64,000 nt of DNA from Planctomycetota bacterium (lineage in GTDB: Bacteria; Planctomycetota; UBA1135; UBA2386), in contig DASUFY010000201.1 of NCBI GenBank assembly GCA_036274315.1, positions 316 through 64,315 of the forward strand, in the 5' to 3' direction. The position numbers and the translations under genes are program-made. The number at the start of each line of letters is the position of its first letter. The stretch's first letter is position 1. The notes beneath the pieces were generated by a model. The model was not told the origin of the DNA. It did no database searches and saw only the letters and a list, made by a program, of their open reading frames with translations. Below are positions 36,813 through 45,176 of the stretch, in pieces.

Positions 36813-39800
36813 ATGCGCGGACTCGAGCACGAACTGACCAGCCACGCCGCGGCCCTGCGCGGCCTCGCGCGCGTGCTGGTCGGCGAGCAGCAGGCCGACG
36901 ACCTCGTGCAGGACACGGCGCTGCAACTGCTCGCCGCACCGCCGCCGCGGCTCGCGGGCCTCTTCGGCTGGCTCGCCGCGGTGCTGCGCCACCGCGCGAG
37001 CAAGCACCACCGCGGCGAACGCCGCCGGCAGCGGCGCGAGCGCGCGAGCCCGCCGCCCGATCCCGTCGCGACGCCGAGCCATCTCGCCGAACACAAGGAG
37101 ACGCTGCAGCGCCTGACCGCGGCGCTGACGTCGCTGCCCGAACCCTACCTCGGCACGCTGCTGCTGCGCTTCTTCGAGGACCTGCAGCCGGGCGCCATCG
37201 CGGCGCGCACGGGCGTGCCGCTGGCGACCGTCAAGAGCCGGCTGCAGCGCGGCCTCGCGACGCTGCGCGCGCAGCTCGCGGCGCGCGATGCGCACTGGCG
37301 GCCCGCGCTCGGCGCCGTCTTCGGCGGCGTCTTCGGCAGCAGTGCCGCACCGATCGCAACCACCACTGCGGGAGTCCTGTTCATGGGCAGCGCGAGCAAG
37401 CTGGCAGTCGGAGCCGCCGTGTTGGCGGTGGCGGCGACGTTGTGGTTCGGCCGCGAGGCCGTGTTCGGTGCAACCGCGGGCCGCACCGATGCACACGACG
37501 GTGCGCCGCTTGCGGCCGCGGCGCTCGAACGATCGCCGGCGCGCGACGTCGCGACGCAACCCGATGCCCCGGGCGCCTTGCGCACGGGCAGCGAGCGCGA
37601 GCTCGCGGCCGCCGACGTGACGCTGCGCGGCCGCGTCGTCGACGAACGCGGACTGCCGCTCGCGGGCTGCGCCGTCGCGCTCAGCGGTCACCGCGTGACG
37701 GGCGGTGTGGGCAAGGACTTCGCGCGCGAGTACTCGGACTGGCTCGTGCGCGGCGGCCGGCCATCACTCGACCGCGAGACGACGACCGGCAGCGGCGGTG
37801 CGTTCACGTTCGTGGTCGAGCCGTCGCCGCTCAACCTCGGCCTGTCGCTGCGGCGCGACCGGCTCGACTGGCGGCTGAGCATCGGCCAGATGCTGCGCAG
37901 CGAGACCCGCGACCTCGGCGACCTGTGCGTGCCGTGCTCGTGCGTCGTGCGCGTGCGCGTGCGCGACACCGCCGGCGCCGAGCTTCCGGCGCCGGTCGTC
38001 TCGATCCGGCCCGCGGCACGCGATCCGAACGCGCGCAACGTGCCGTGGGCCGACTTCACCGAACCCGAGGTCGGCGCCGACTGGCTGCTGGCGGCGGGCA
38101 CCTGGCAGTGCAGCGTCGGCCGCACGATCGAACGCGGCGAGCAGTTCGTCGTGCCGCCCGGCGCGGCGGTCTTCGACCACGAGATCGTCGTCGGCGCGTT
38201 GCCGCCGGCGCAGGTGCTCGCGGGGCTCGTCGTCGACGAGCACGACCTGCCCGTGCCCGGCGTCGCCCTCACCGCTTGGAACGGCGTCACCAGCGCCGGT
38301 ACGCGCACGCGTCGCGACGGCCGCTTCGCGCTGCTGCAGGCCACCAGCGGCGGCCCCGATGCCGACCTGTCGCTCGACAAGCGCGGCTTCGAGCCGCAGC
38401 GCATCCGCGTGCGCTTCGGCGACCCCGAGCTGCGCCTGACGCTGCGCGCGAGTTCGGCAATCGTCGTGCACGTCGTCGCCGACGCCGACGGCGCGCCGGT
38501 CGAGGACTTCTGCGTGCGCCGCTGGTGGGACGTGAAGTCGGATCCTGTGGCCTTCGTCGACGAGGGCAAGGAGCTCGTCGACGGCCATCACGAAGGCGGC
38601 GTTGCGGTGGTCGAGGACATCGCGCGCGGCGACCACTTGTTGATCGTCGAACCGCTGCGCCTGGACCTCTGGCGCAGTGATGCGGTGCCGGTGGCCGTGA
38701 CGCCGGGTGGGCCCGTGCACGTCGAGGTGCGGCTGCAGGCGGCGGCGAACCGTCTGGTGCGGGTGCAGCGTGGCGACGAGACGCCCGTGCGGGCCGCCGC
38801 GATCGACGTCGCCGACGCCGGCACGATGCTCGGCCAGGGCATGTCGGTCGTGACGCTCGAGCACTGGAGCCCGCGCACGGACCGCGACTTCGGGCCGCTG
38901 CTGCTGCACCAGACGAGCACCGACGCGAGCGGCGAAGCGATGCTGCGTGGTCCCGCGGGCCGCGCCGTGCGGCTGCGTGTCACGTGCAAGGGCCTGCCGC
39001 AGCTGATCCCGGAGCCCATGCGGCTCGACGACCCCGAACCGCTCGTGCTCACGCTGCCGGCGGCCGCGCGGCTCGTCGTGCACGTGCATCCGCCGGCGAT
39101 GGTTCAGCTGTTGCGCGAGGCTTGCGGCCTGTCGCGCGAAGGGCCCGCACCGCGGCGCGGGCCCAACCACAAACCCGGCTTCCGGCTGTTCCGCGGCGCC
39201 TGGCTCGAACGCGAGATGCTGCCGCCGTCGCGCGAGCCGCCGTTCTCGATTGCGGGCGACGGCACGGTCGTCATCGACGAGGCGCCGGCCGGCGACTGGC
39301 AGCTCGGGCTCGACGCGTGGCACGAGGTCTCCGGCACGATGTTCTCGTGGGGCGCGCCCGTGCTGCTTGCACCCGTTGCGCTGCGCGAAGGCGTCACGAC
39401 GGAGATCGAACTCGACCTCGGTGACCACCTGCCCGGCGAACTCGACGGCACGGTCACGTGCAACGGCGAGCTCGTGGCGGACGCGGCGATCGCGATCGAG
39501 GTCGAGCGCCCGACCGGCGAGTTCCCGTGGCCGGGACGCTTCCTGCTCAACGCGAAGACCGACGCCGAGGGCCGCTTCCATCTGCGCATGCCGCCGGGCT
39601 CCCTGCGCGTGGCGATCGATCGCACGGCGCAGCATCGCGCACCGCTGGGGGGCGGGTCGTACTCGTACCAGCTCGTCTACGCGGACCAGCAGCTGCAGCT
39701 GACCGCCGGCAGCGCGGTGCAAGCGACGTTCGCGGTCGAGCCGTGCACGCTGCGCCTGCGCGTGCTCGACGAGCGCGGCGAGCCCGTGGCAGGCGTGCCG

Positions 39801-40070
39801 TTGTTGCTGCCGGGCCCGCAGCTGGCGCTGTGGCACCGGCCCGCGGCGACCGACGCCGAGGGTTGCACGACCTGCGAGGTCGAGCCTGGGACGTTCTCGG
39901 TGCAGGTCCTGCCGCGCCGCCTGCTCGCCGACGGCGCGCAGGCGCAGTTCCTGCGCGAGCACCGCGGCGTGCACGACGCGCTGGCGCCGTTCCGGATCCG
40001 GCTCGGCGACGTCACCGCGGTGCGCGGCAAGACGGGCACGTTCGAGCTGCGGCTGCCACCCGGGTGGTGA
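36813..40070 (+). CDS. ECF sigma-70 factor fused to a membrane segment and a large CarboxypepD_reg-like repeat domain
   Basis: Single uninterrupted 1085-aa ORF starting at the ATG at 36813. Sigma-2-like region ADDLVQDTALQLL...FGWLAAVLRHRASKHHR. Sigma-4 region LTSLPEPYLGTLLLRFFEDLQPGAIAARTGVPLATVKSRLQRGLATLR. Hydrophobic stretch at about aa 165-212 (ALGAVFGGVFG...KLAVGAAVLAVAATLWF). About 850 aa follow with repeats such as VTLRGRVVDERGLPLAGCAVAL and LRLRVLDERGEPVAGVPLLL...TDAEGCTTCEVEPGTFSVQV. Confidence 0.75.
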   Translation: MRGLEHELTSHAAALRGLARVLVGEQQADDLVQDTALQLLAAPPPRLAGLFGWLAAVLRHRASKHHRGERRRQRRERASPPPDPVATPSHLAEHKETLQRLTAALTSLPEPYLGTLLLRFFEDLQPGAIAARTGVPLATVKSRLQRGLATLRAQLAARDAHWRPALGAVFGGVFGSSAAPIATTTAGVLFMGSASKLAVGAAVLAVAATLWFGREAVFGATAGRTDAHDGAPLAAAALERSPARDVATQPDAPGALRTGSERELAAADVTLRGRVVDERGLPLAGCAVALSGHRVTGGVGKDFAREYSDWLVRGGRPSLDRETTTGSGGAFTFVVEPSPLNLGLSLRRDRLDWRLSIGQMLRSETRDLGDLCVPCSCVVRVRVRDTAGAELPAPVVSIRPAARDPNARNVPWADFTEPEVGADWLLAAGTWQCSVGRTIERGEQFVVPPGAAVFDHEIVVGALPPAQVLAGLVVDEHDLPVPGVALTAWNGVTSAGTRTRRDGRFALLQATSGGPDADLSLDKRGFEPQRIRVRFGDPELRLTLRASSAIVVHVVADADGAPVEDFCVRRWWDVKSDPVAFVDEGKELVDGHHEGGVAVVEDIARGDHLLIVEPLRLDLWRSDAVPVAVTPGGPVHVEVRLQAAANRLVRVQRGDETPVRAAAIDVADAGTMLGQGMSVVTLEHWSPRTDRDFGPLLLHQTSTDASGEAMLRGPAGRAVRLRVTCKGLPQLIPEPMRLDDPEPLVLTLPAAARLVVHVHPPAMVQLLREACGLSREGPAPRRGPNHKPGFRLFRGAWLEREMLPPSREPPFSIAGDGTVVIDEAPAGDWQLGLDAWHEVSGTMFSWGAPVLLAPVALREGVTTEIELDLGDHLPGELDGTVTCNGELVADAAIAIEVERPTGEFPWPGRFLLNAKTDAEGRFHLRMPPGSLRVAIDRTAQHRAPLGGGSYSYQLVYADQQLQLTAGSAVQATFAVEPCTLRLRVLDERGEPVAGVPLLLPGPQLALWHRPAATDAEGCTTCEVEPGTFSVQVLPRRLLADGAQAQFLREHRGVHDALAPFRIRLGDVTAVRGKTGTFELRLPPGW

Positions 40071-40103
40071 ACGCGGTCGGCGGGCGGGTGTGGCTTCAGG
40101 ATG

Positions 40104-40501
40104 TCAGGCGGGCGGGATGTCGATCGCCCGCAGCTGGCGCACGAGGTCGCGGCGGAACGCATCGAGTTCCTGCGCCGATACTCCCGGTAGTCGCGCATCG
40201 ATGCCGATCTTGATCGCGTCGATCAGCCAGGCAAGTGTCGCTGCAGAGACGCCACCGTCCTTGCGTTCGGCATCCGTGAGCACGGCGCGAAGGTCGAGCC
40301 CGCGTCGCAGGATGGCGCGCAGGTCGATCAGGTCGCGGATCTCGCCGCGCCCGGGCAGCGCGCAGACCTTGTTCGCCGCGATCTCGCGCAGCGAATGCAG
40401 GCGCACACCGTCGGCGGCGAGCTCCGGCGGGTCGACATCCGGGGTGCGGTCTCGCGCAGCACCTCGGCCTGCAATCGACTAAGCCCGCGGGATGAGTCCA
40501 T
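40104..40501 (-). pseudogene. Nucleotidyltransferase AbiEii-family toxin gene remnant (internal deletion and frameshift)
   Basis: The ATG at 40501 overlaps the 3' end of the upstream ORF and encodes MDSSRGLSRLQAEVLRE, an N-terminus typical of this family. After about 20 codons the homologous frame changes to DVDPPELAADGVRLHSLREIAANKVCALPGRGEIRDLIDL...ERKDGGVS (family C-terminal half). The NTase core in between is missing. Confidence 0.5.
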
Positions 40502-40793
40502 CGCTGCGCCATCCTTCGATGAGCCAGTTCCAGAACTCGCGCGAACGCCCGAGATGGCGATCGATGCGCGGCAGCAGGGGCAACACGTCCCGCAGGCGCA
40601 GCAGCTTCCAGACATCCTTGTAGCGGGCTTCGCGCATCACGCGGCCCATCCACAGCGCCCGCTCGTCGAGGTCGGTCGAAGCGAGCTTCTCGCGTAGCTC
40701 CGCGTAGGTGATCTCCTCATCCCAGATGAAGTACGGCCGCGCATTCGGGTCGTCGAGGTCCATCGAGAGGGGATTCGCCACGCGCAGCAGCAT
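40479..40793 (-). CDS. Small conserved-looking protein, probable partner (antitoxin-like) of the AbiEii-type gene
   Basis: 104 aa from the ATG at 40793 (the track ORF begins at a TTG at 40817). Sequence is well balanced (YFIWDEEITYAELREKLAS...WMGRVMREARYKDVWKLLRLRDVL). It overlaps the start of the toxin remnant. G+C looks lower than the surroundings by eye. Confidence 0.55.
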   Translation of the reverse strand: MLLRVANPLSMDLDDPNARPYFIWDEEITYAELREKLASTDLDERALWMGRVMREARYKDVWKLLRLRDVLPLLPRIDRHLGRSREFWNWLIEGWRSDGLIPRA

Positions 40794-41004
40794 CGCGCCG
40801 CCTCGGTCGGTTGGCAATCACTGCTCCGCGGTGCGCGCGTGGAATGGTGGATGCGGTCGCTCAGCGGCCCGGATCGCCCAGCACCTGGTCCAACTCCGGG
40901 CAGCCGGATCGGCTGTCGCTACCGGCGCGTGTCCGGGTCTTCGAGCGCGACTTGCCACGCGCAGGCCTGCGTCAGCTGGTCATTGTCGTCGTTCGGAGAA
41001 CCGT

Positions 41005-42975
41005 TCAGCGCACCGCCGGCCGCGACTCGAGCGTGCAGTGCGCGGGGCCGCGCCGCGTCGCGTGCGCCTTCTGCGCCGAGCTGTCCGGCGTCCACGGTCC
41101 GAAGTCTGAATCGAGGTGCAGCAGCAGCACGGTCGCAGCGTCGCTCTCGTGTCGCACCGGCGGTGCGAACGAGGGGCCCGCGTAGCGCGCGACGCTCGAC
41201 AGCCGCACCTCGTCGATGCAACCCGCGAAGAACGAGCCCGGCGCGCCGTTGCCGTTCGGATCGGCGCCGACGAACAGCGGCAACTCGTTCGTCTTGCGCG
41301 CGCCGTGGGCCGCGCTCTCCGCCGCGAGCCTGCCGTCGACCCAGCAGCGCACGCGGCTGCCGTCGAAGACGCCCGCGACGTGGTGCCACCGGCCCGCCGT
41401 CAGCGACACCTCCTTGCTCTCGGCGTGCGCATAGCGGTCGCCGAGCCAGACGAGGAACTCCGGTTTGCCGTCGCTGCAGTACAGACCGAAGTCGCTGTTC
41501 TCGGTCTTGGCGAGCAGCGCGCGCCGGCCGCGGAAGTCCTCGCCGCGCAGCCAGGCTTCGATCGTGAACGGACCATCGGGCAGCTGCACGCGCGACGAGG
41601 CCAGCTCGAGGCAGGCCTTCTTGCCGTCGAGCACGAGCACCCCTTCGTGCGGTGCGGCCGTGGTGCCGAGGTCGTCGGGCGGCGGCAGCTCGAGCACGAA
41701 CTCGCGCCGCGGCAGGCCGATGCGCGCATGTTCGGCGAGGTAGTCGCAGCGCACCTCGACGTTGGGCAGCACGAACGGCACCGCGGCGTCGGCGTGCCGG
41801 CGCACCGCGAACGTCGTCGTGCCGTGCTGACCGGGCGCCACGACGACGTGCTGGTGGTCGGGCGAGAACACGTAGCCGGATTCGGCGATCGGCACGAGTT
41901 CGAGTTCGATCGCGCGCGTGGCCGGATTGTCGCAGCGCAGCGTGAGCACCGCGTCGACGCTGCCGTCGCTGCGCACGCCGGCCCCGGGTCCGGCGGCGAC
42001 GCAGCTCACGAGCGAGGGCTGCAGGTGGGCGTGCACGAGGTCGACGTCCTCGCTGAGCTGGCCCGTGATCAGCTTGGGGTCCATGACGGTGCCCACGGGC
42101 AGTGCAGCGACCGTGATGCCCTCGGGCCGCACGGTGACGACGTGGAACTGGTGCAGGTAGCCGGCCGCCGGTGCTTCGAACTCGAGGTTGGCGCCGACCG
42201 AAGCGACCGTGAAGTACTGGATGCCGTCGCGCACGCCGTCGAAGCGCATGCGGTGGATGTGCCCGGCGAACACGGCGGTGACGTTGCCGTTCCGGGCCAG
42301 CAGCGTGTGCACACGATCCCAGTCCGTGCCGTAGCGGGCGAGCCAACGCGGGTGGTGCAGGAACACGAACACGTGCCGCGCGCCCTTGGCCTGCTGCAGC
42401 GTCTCTGCGAGCCACGTGAACTGCGCTTCGCTCATGCGCTGGGCGTCGGGGTCGTCGAAGTTCTTGGCGCCCGTCGTCGGGTTGCCCTCGTCGCTGTAGA
42501 GCACGACGAACCAGCACTGCTTGTGCTGCACCGCGTACCAGAGCGGACCGAACACCGTCTCGAAGTCGTGTTCGTGTTCGCCGCGCGGCTTGTCGGGGCC
42601 GCGCCAGTAGATGTCGTGGTTGCCCGCGACGGGAAACCACGGCATGCGCAGCTTCGCCATCGTCGCCTTGAACTCGACGGCCTGCTCGTGCCAGGCGTCG
42701 TGCGCGTTGTAGCCCTGCACGAGGTCGCCGACCGTGAACACGAGGTCGGGGTCGAGCAGGTTGGTGTCGGCGACGGCCTGCGCGAGCACCTGGATGCCCT
42801 CCTTGGGGCCGCCCGTGCGGTCGCCGAAGACGACGAAGCCGAACGCGTCGTCTTCCTTGGGCAGCTTCAACAGCTCGGCGCCGGCGGCGCGGCTCGTGTG
42901 CAGGCGCGGATCCTGGGCGGCGGGTGCGGCCAGCGGCGCGGCGCAGGCAAGGAGGAGCAGCAGGTGGCGGACCAT
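41005..42975 (-). CDS. Secreted calcineurin-like metallophosphoesterase with C-terminal LamG/concanavalin-like domain
   Basis: ORF 41005..44451(-) trimmed to the ATG at 42975 (MVRHLLLLLACAAPLAAPAAQ). Phosphoesterase motifs VVFGDRTGG, TVGDLVQG, AGNHD, FLHHP and AGHIH. The C-terminus is Laminin_G_3-like (FTIEAWL...ALLAKTENSDFGLY...WHHVAGVFDG...CWVDG...LFVGADP...GCIDEVRLS). Confidence 0.85.
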   Translation of the reverse strand: MVRHLLLLLACAAPLAAPAAQDPRLHTSRAAGAELLKLPKEDDAFGFVVFGDRTGGPKEGIQVLAQAVADTNLLDPDLVFTVGDLVQGYNAHDAWHEQAVEFKATMAKLRMPWFPVAGNHDIYWRGPDKPRGEHEHDFETVFGPLWYAVQHKQCWFVVLYSDEGNPTTGAKNFDDPDAQRMSEAQFTWLAETLQQAKGARHVFVFLHHPRWLARYGTDWDRVHTLLARNGNVTAVFAGHIHRMRFDGVRDGIQYFTVASVGANLEFEAPAAGYLHQFHVVTVRPEGITVAALPVGTVMDPKLITGQLSEDVDLVHAHLQPSLVSCVAAGPGAGVRSDGSVDAVLTLRCDNPATRAIELELVPIAESGYVFSPDHQHVVVAPGQHGTTTFAVRRHADAAVPFVLPNVEVRCDYLAEHARIGLPRREFVLELPPPDDLGTTAAPHEGVLVLDGKKACLELASSRVQLPDGPFTIEAWLRGEDFRGRRALLAKTENSDFGLYCSDGKPEFLVWLGDRYAHAESKEVSLTAGRWHHVAGVFDGSRVRCWVDGRLAAESAAHGARKTNELPLFVGADPNGNGAPGSFFAGCIDEVRLSSVARYAGPSFAPPVRHESDAATVLLLHLDSDFGPWTPDSSAQKAHATRRGPAHCTLESRPAVR

Positions 42976-43083
42976 GGCGCGCAGCTTCCTGCGGCCGGTG
43001 CGCGGGGAACAGGGCGGGTGTGCGGTTCTCGTTGCCGTCGGCATCGTGTGTGCCGGGTCGTGACCATCCGATTGAGCACTTTC

Positions 43084-43099
43084 GTTTATCATGATAAAC
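43084..43099. promoter_or_regulatory. 16-bp perfect AT-rich palindrome GTTTATCATGATAAAC in a divergent intergenic region (candidate operator or bidirectional -10)
   Basis: The sequence is its own reverse complement. It ends 9 nt upstream of the ATG at 43108 and lies 109 nt from the divergent start at 42975. It is 12/16 A+T in a genome that is over 70% G+C. Confidence 0.6.
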
Positions 43100-43107
43100 A
43101 AAAGCGC

Positions 43108-44256
43108 ATGTTCGAGCGAGAATTGGTGCTCCCGGCCCGACCCAGGACGAGCGCGTTCCTCTGGGGACCGCGCCAGACCGGCAAGAGCTCGCTGTTGCGG
43201 TCCCGATACCCGAACGCCAGGTGGCTCGATCTGCTCAAGAACGAGGAGTTCGTTCGCTACAGCCGCCAGCCGGAGCTGTTGCGCGAGGAGCTGAGCGCGC
43301 GGCCGGCATCCGTGGTCGTCGTCGACGAGGTGCAGAAGGTGCCGGCGTTGCTCGACGAAGTACATTGGTTGATCGAGAATCGCGGCTGCATCTTCGTTCT
43401 CTGCGGCTCGAGCGCCCGAAAGGTGCGGCGCGGTCATGCCAACCTGCTCGGTGGCCGCGCCATCCGCAACGAACTGTTCGGCCTCGTTTCCGCCGAGATC
43501 GGCGCCGACTTCGACCTCGTGCGCGCCGTCAACCACGGCGGCCTGCCGCGCCACTACCTCGAGGACGCACCTGCGAAGCTGCTGCAAGCCTACGTCGACG
43601 ACTACCTCAAGGAGGAGATCGCGGCCGAGTCCCTGGTCCGCAATCTGCCCGCGTTCGCCAACTTCCTCGGCGCCGCCGCCCTCGCCGACACCGAGATGAC
43701 CAACTACGTCAACATCGCCCGCGAATGCGGCGTCTCGGCACCGACCGTACGTGAGCACTTCCAGATCCTGGTCGACACCCTGCTCGGCCGATTCGTGCCT
43801 GCCTACACCAAGCGACCCAAACGGCGCGTCATCCAGGCGCCCAAGTTCTATTTCGCCGACGTCGGCGTGGTGAACTGTCTGACCCGACGACGCCAGCTGC
43901 AGCCCGGTACCGAGTCGTTCGGCAAAGCGCTCGAGAGCTGGGTCTGCCACGAACTGAGCGCCTACCTGGCCTATCGCGAAGTCGGATGCGAGCTGCGCTA
44001 CTGGCGTCTGGCCAGTGGCATCGAGGTCGATTTCGTGACCGACGACCTGCGCCTCGCGGTCGAAGTCAAGTCGACGGCGCGGCCCAGCGACGCGCACCTG
44101 AGCGGCTTGCGCGCCCTGCGCGAGGACCAGAGGTCGGTGCAACGCCGCGTTCTGGCTTGCCTCGAGCGTCGCCCGAGGCGCACGGAAGACGGCATCGACA
44201 TCCTGCCGGTCGACGAGATGCTGCGCCGTCTCTGGTCCGGCGATCTGATGAAGTGA
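43108..44256 (+). CDS. AAA-family ATPase with DUF4143 C-terminal domain (AAA_14/DUF4143 type)
   Basis: Real start is the ATG at 43108 inside ORF 41116..44256. Walker A LWGPRQTGKSSL and Walker B VVVVDEVQK. The downstream APKFYFADVGV and EVDFV blocks are typical of DUF4143 proteins. Confidence 0.85.
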   Translation: MFERELVLPARPRTSAFLWGPRQTGKSSLLRSRYPNARWLDLLKNEEFVRYSRQPELLREELSARPASVVVVDEVQKVPALLDEVHWLIENRGCIFVLCGSSARKVRRGHANLLGGRAIRNELFGLVSAEIGADFDLVRAVNHGGLPRHYLEDAPAKLLQAYVDDYLKEEIAAESLVRNLPAFANFLGAAALADTEMTNYVNIARECGVSAPTVREHFQILVDTLLGRFVPAYTKRPKRRVIQAPKFYFADVGVVNCLTRRRQLQPGTESFGKALESWVCHELSAYLAYREVGCELRYWRLASGIEVDFVTDDLRLAVEVKSTARPSDAHLSGLRALREDQRSVQRRVLACLERRPRRTEDGIDILPVDEMLRRLWSGDLMK

Positions 44257-44483
44257 CTCGGATCGGCTCCATGCGTGAAGGGGAACCCAGCTGCGCCCCA
44301 ACCTGCCAGGAAGCCGCCGCCCACGTTCCGCTGCGCGCGAAACCTCGTGCTCGCCACGCAGCGCTTTTTCGAAGAATCGGCAACCGCGCAGGCCGTTGCG
44401 GACCCGGAGCCGGGTCCACCTTCCCACCCGAGTGCATGGCCGAGCGTGCATCCACGCGGCCGCGAGCCTTCCCCTTGCTGCGC

Positions 44484-44508
44484 GAACGAATCCTCGTCTG
44501 CCGACGTT
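44484..44508 (+). promoter_or_regulatory. Possible ECF-type promoter (GAAC-N17-CGTT)
   Basis: gcGAACgaatcctcgtctgccgaCGTTgc lies about 60 nt upstream of the GTG at 44568. This is a single-site match to the generic ECF -35/-10 pattern, so support is weak. Confidence 0.2.
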
Positions 44509-44567
44509 GCCCCGATCCGCATCCCCGTTGCGCGGGCCTGCGCGCCACCTATCGTCAGCTGTCGACA

Positions 44568-45176
44568 GTGGCCGACTTCGACAGCGCAGGGCAACCGATC
44601 GGCGGTGGTGCCGATGGCTCCACGGGCCACGAACGAGACCGGCTCCTGGTCCAACGCGCGATGGCGCGCGATCGTGGCGCGGCCGACGAACTCGCCGTGC
44701 GCATGCGCTGCATCGGCAGGATCCTGGCGGCGCGCAACCGGCGGGCGGGCGCGCCGCTGCGCGTTGAAGACCTCGAAGATCTTTGCCAGGACGTCGCGAC
44801 GACGTTGTGGGCGCAATTGGCTGCTTACCGCGGCATCGGCACGATCGAGGCGTGGACGCACGGCTACTGTGATCACGCGTTCCGCAACGCGGCGCGCCGT
44901 CGCTTCCGGGAGCGACGGCTGCTGCAAGATGCCACCGATGCGGCTGCCCTGGCCGATCCGACCACGGCCAGCGCGGGCGTCGAGGATCCGCTGCGGCGCT
45001 GCCTGCAACGGCTGTCCGACGAACAGCAGCGCATCCTGCACCGCAAGCACTACGATGGCGCGACGCTCGGCGACATCGCGGCCGAGAGCGGTGCGAATCT
45101 CAACACGCTCAAGAGCCAGTACAGCCGGGCGCTGCACGACCTGCGCATCTGCATGGGCTGCGAGGACCGACGATGA
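44568..45176 (+). CDS. ECF (group 4) sigma-70 factor
   Basis: Lies within ORF 43986..45176. Sigma-2 region DRLLVQRAMARDRGAADELAVR...LEDLCQDVATTLWAQL...WTHGYCDHAFRNAARRR. Sigma-4 region LQRLSDEQQRILHRKHYDGATLGDIAAESGANLNTLKSQYSRALHDLR. The start is uncertain: GTG at 44568 is preferred and ATG at 44436 is possible. Confidence 0.8.
   Translation: MADFDSAGQPIGGGADGSTGHERDRLLVQRAMARDRGAADELAVRMRCIGRILAARNRRAGAPLRVEDLEDLCQDVATTLWAQLAAYRGIGTIEAWTHGYCDHAFRNAARRRFRERRLLQDATDAAALADPTTASAGVEDPLRRCLQRLSDEQQRILHRKHYDGATLGDIAAESGANLNTLKSQYSRALHDLRICMGCEDRR

Noticed and set aside
40404-40481. The 40479..40817 ORF and the 40104..40406 ORF are in the same frame, separated by a single TAG. This could be stop-codon read-through or a recoded (Pyl-type) fusion.
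   Set aside because: The two halves belong to different protein types (a small partner protein and the C-terminal half of an AbiEii-type protein). A separate ATG at 40501 with the family N-terminus exists in another frame, and I saw nothing else suggesting recoding. The shared frame is most simply coincidence after an internal deletion.
43084-43099. Calling the AT-rich palindrome a Fur box.
   Set aside because: Only the TGATAA/TTATCA half-sites resemble Fur-type hexamers. The arrangement (6-0-6, swapped orientation) differs from the 19-bp or 7-1-7 consensus, and neither flanking gene is obviously metal-related. I kept it as a generic operator or promoter candidate.
44436-44567. A 44-aa N-terminal extension of the ECF sigma containing CRRCPDPHPRC, as a possible zinc-binding regulatory extension.
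   Set aside because: The extension is Arg/Pro-rich like shadow-frame sequence. A candidate ECF-type promoter lies inside it, and the GTG at 44568 gives a normal-length (202-aa) sigma factor. It is not excluded, but it is unsupported.
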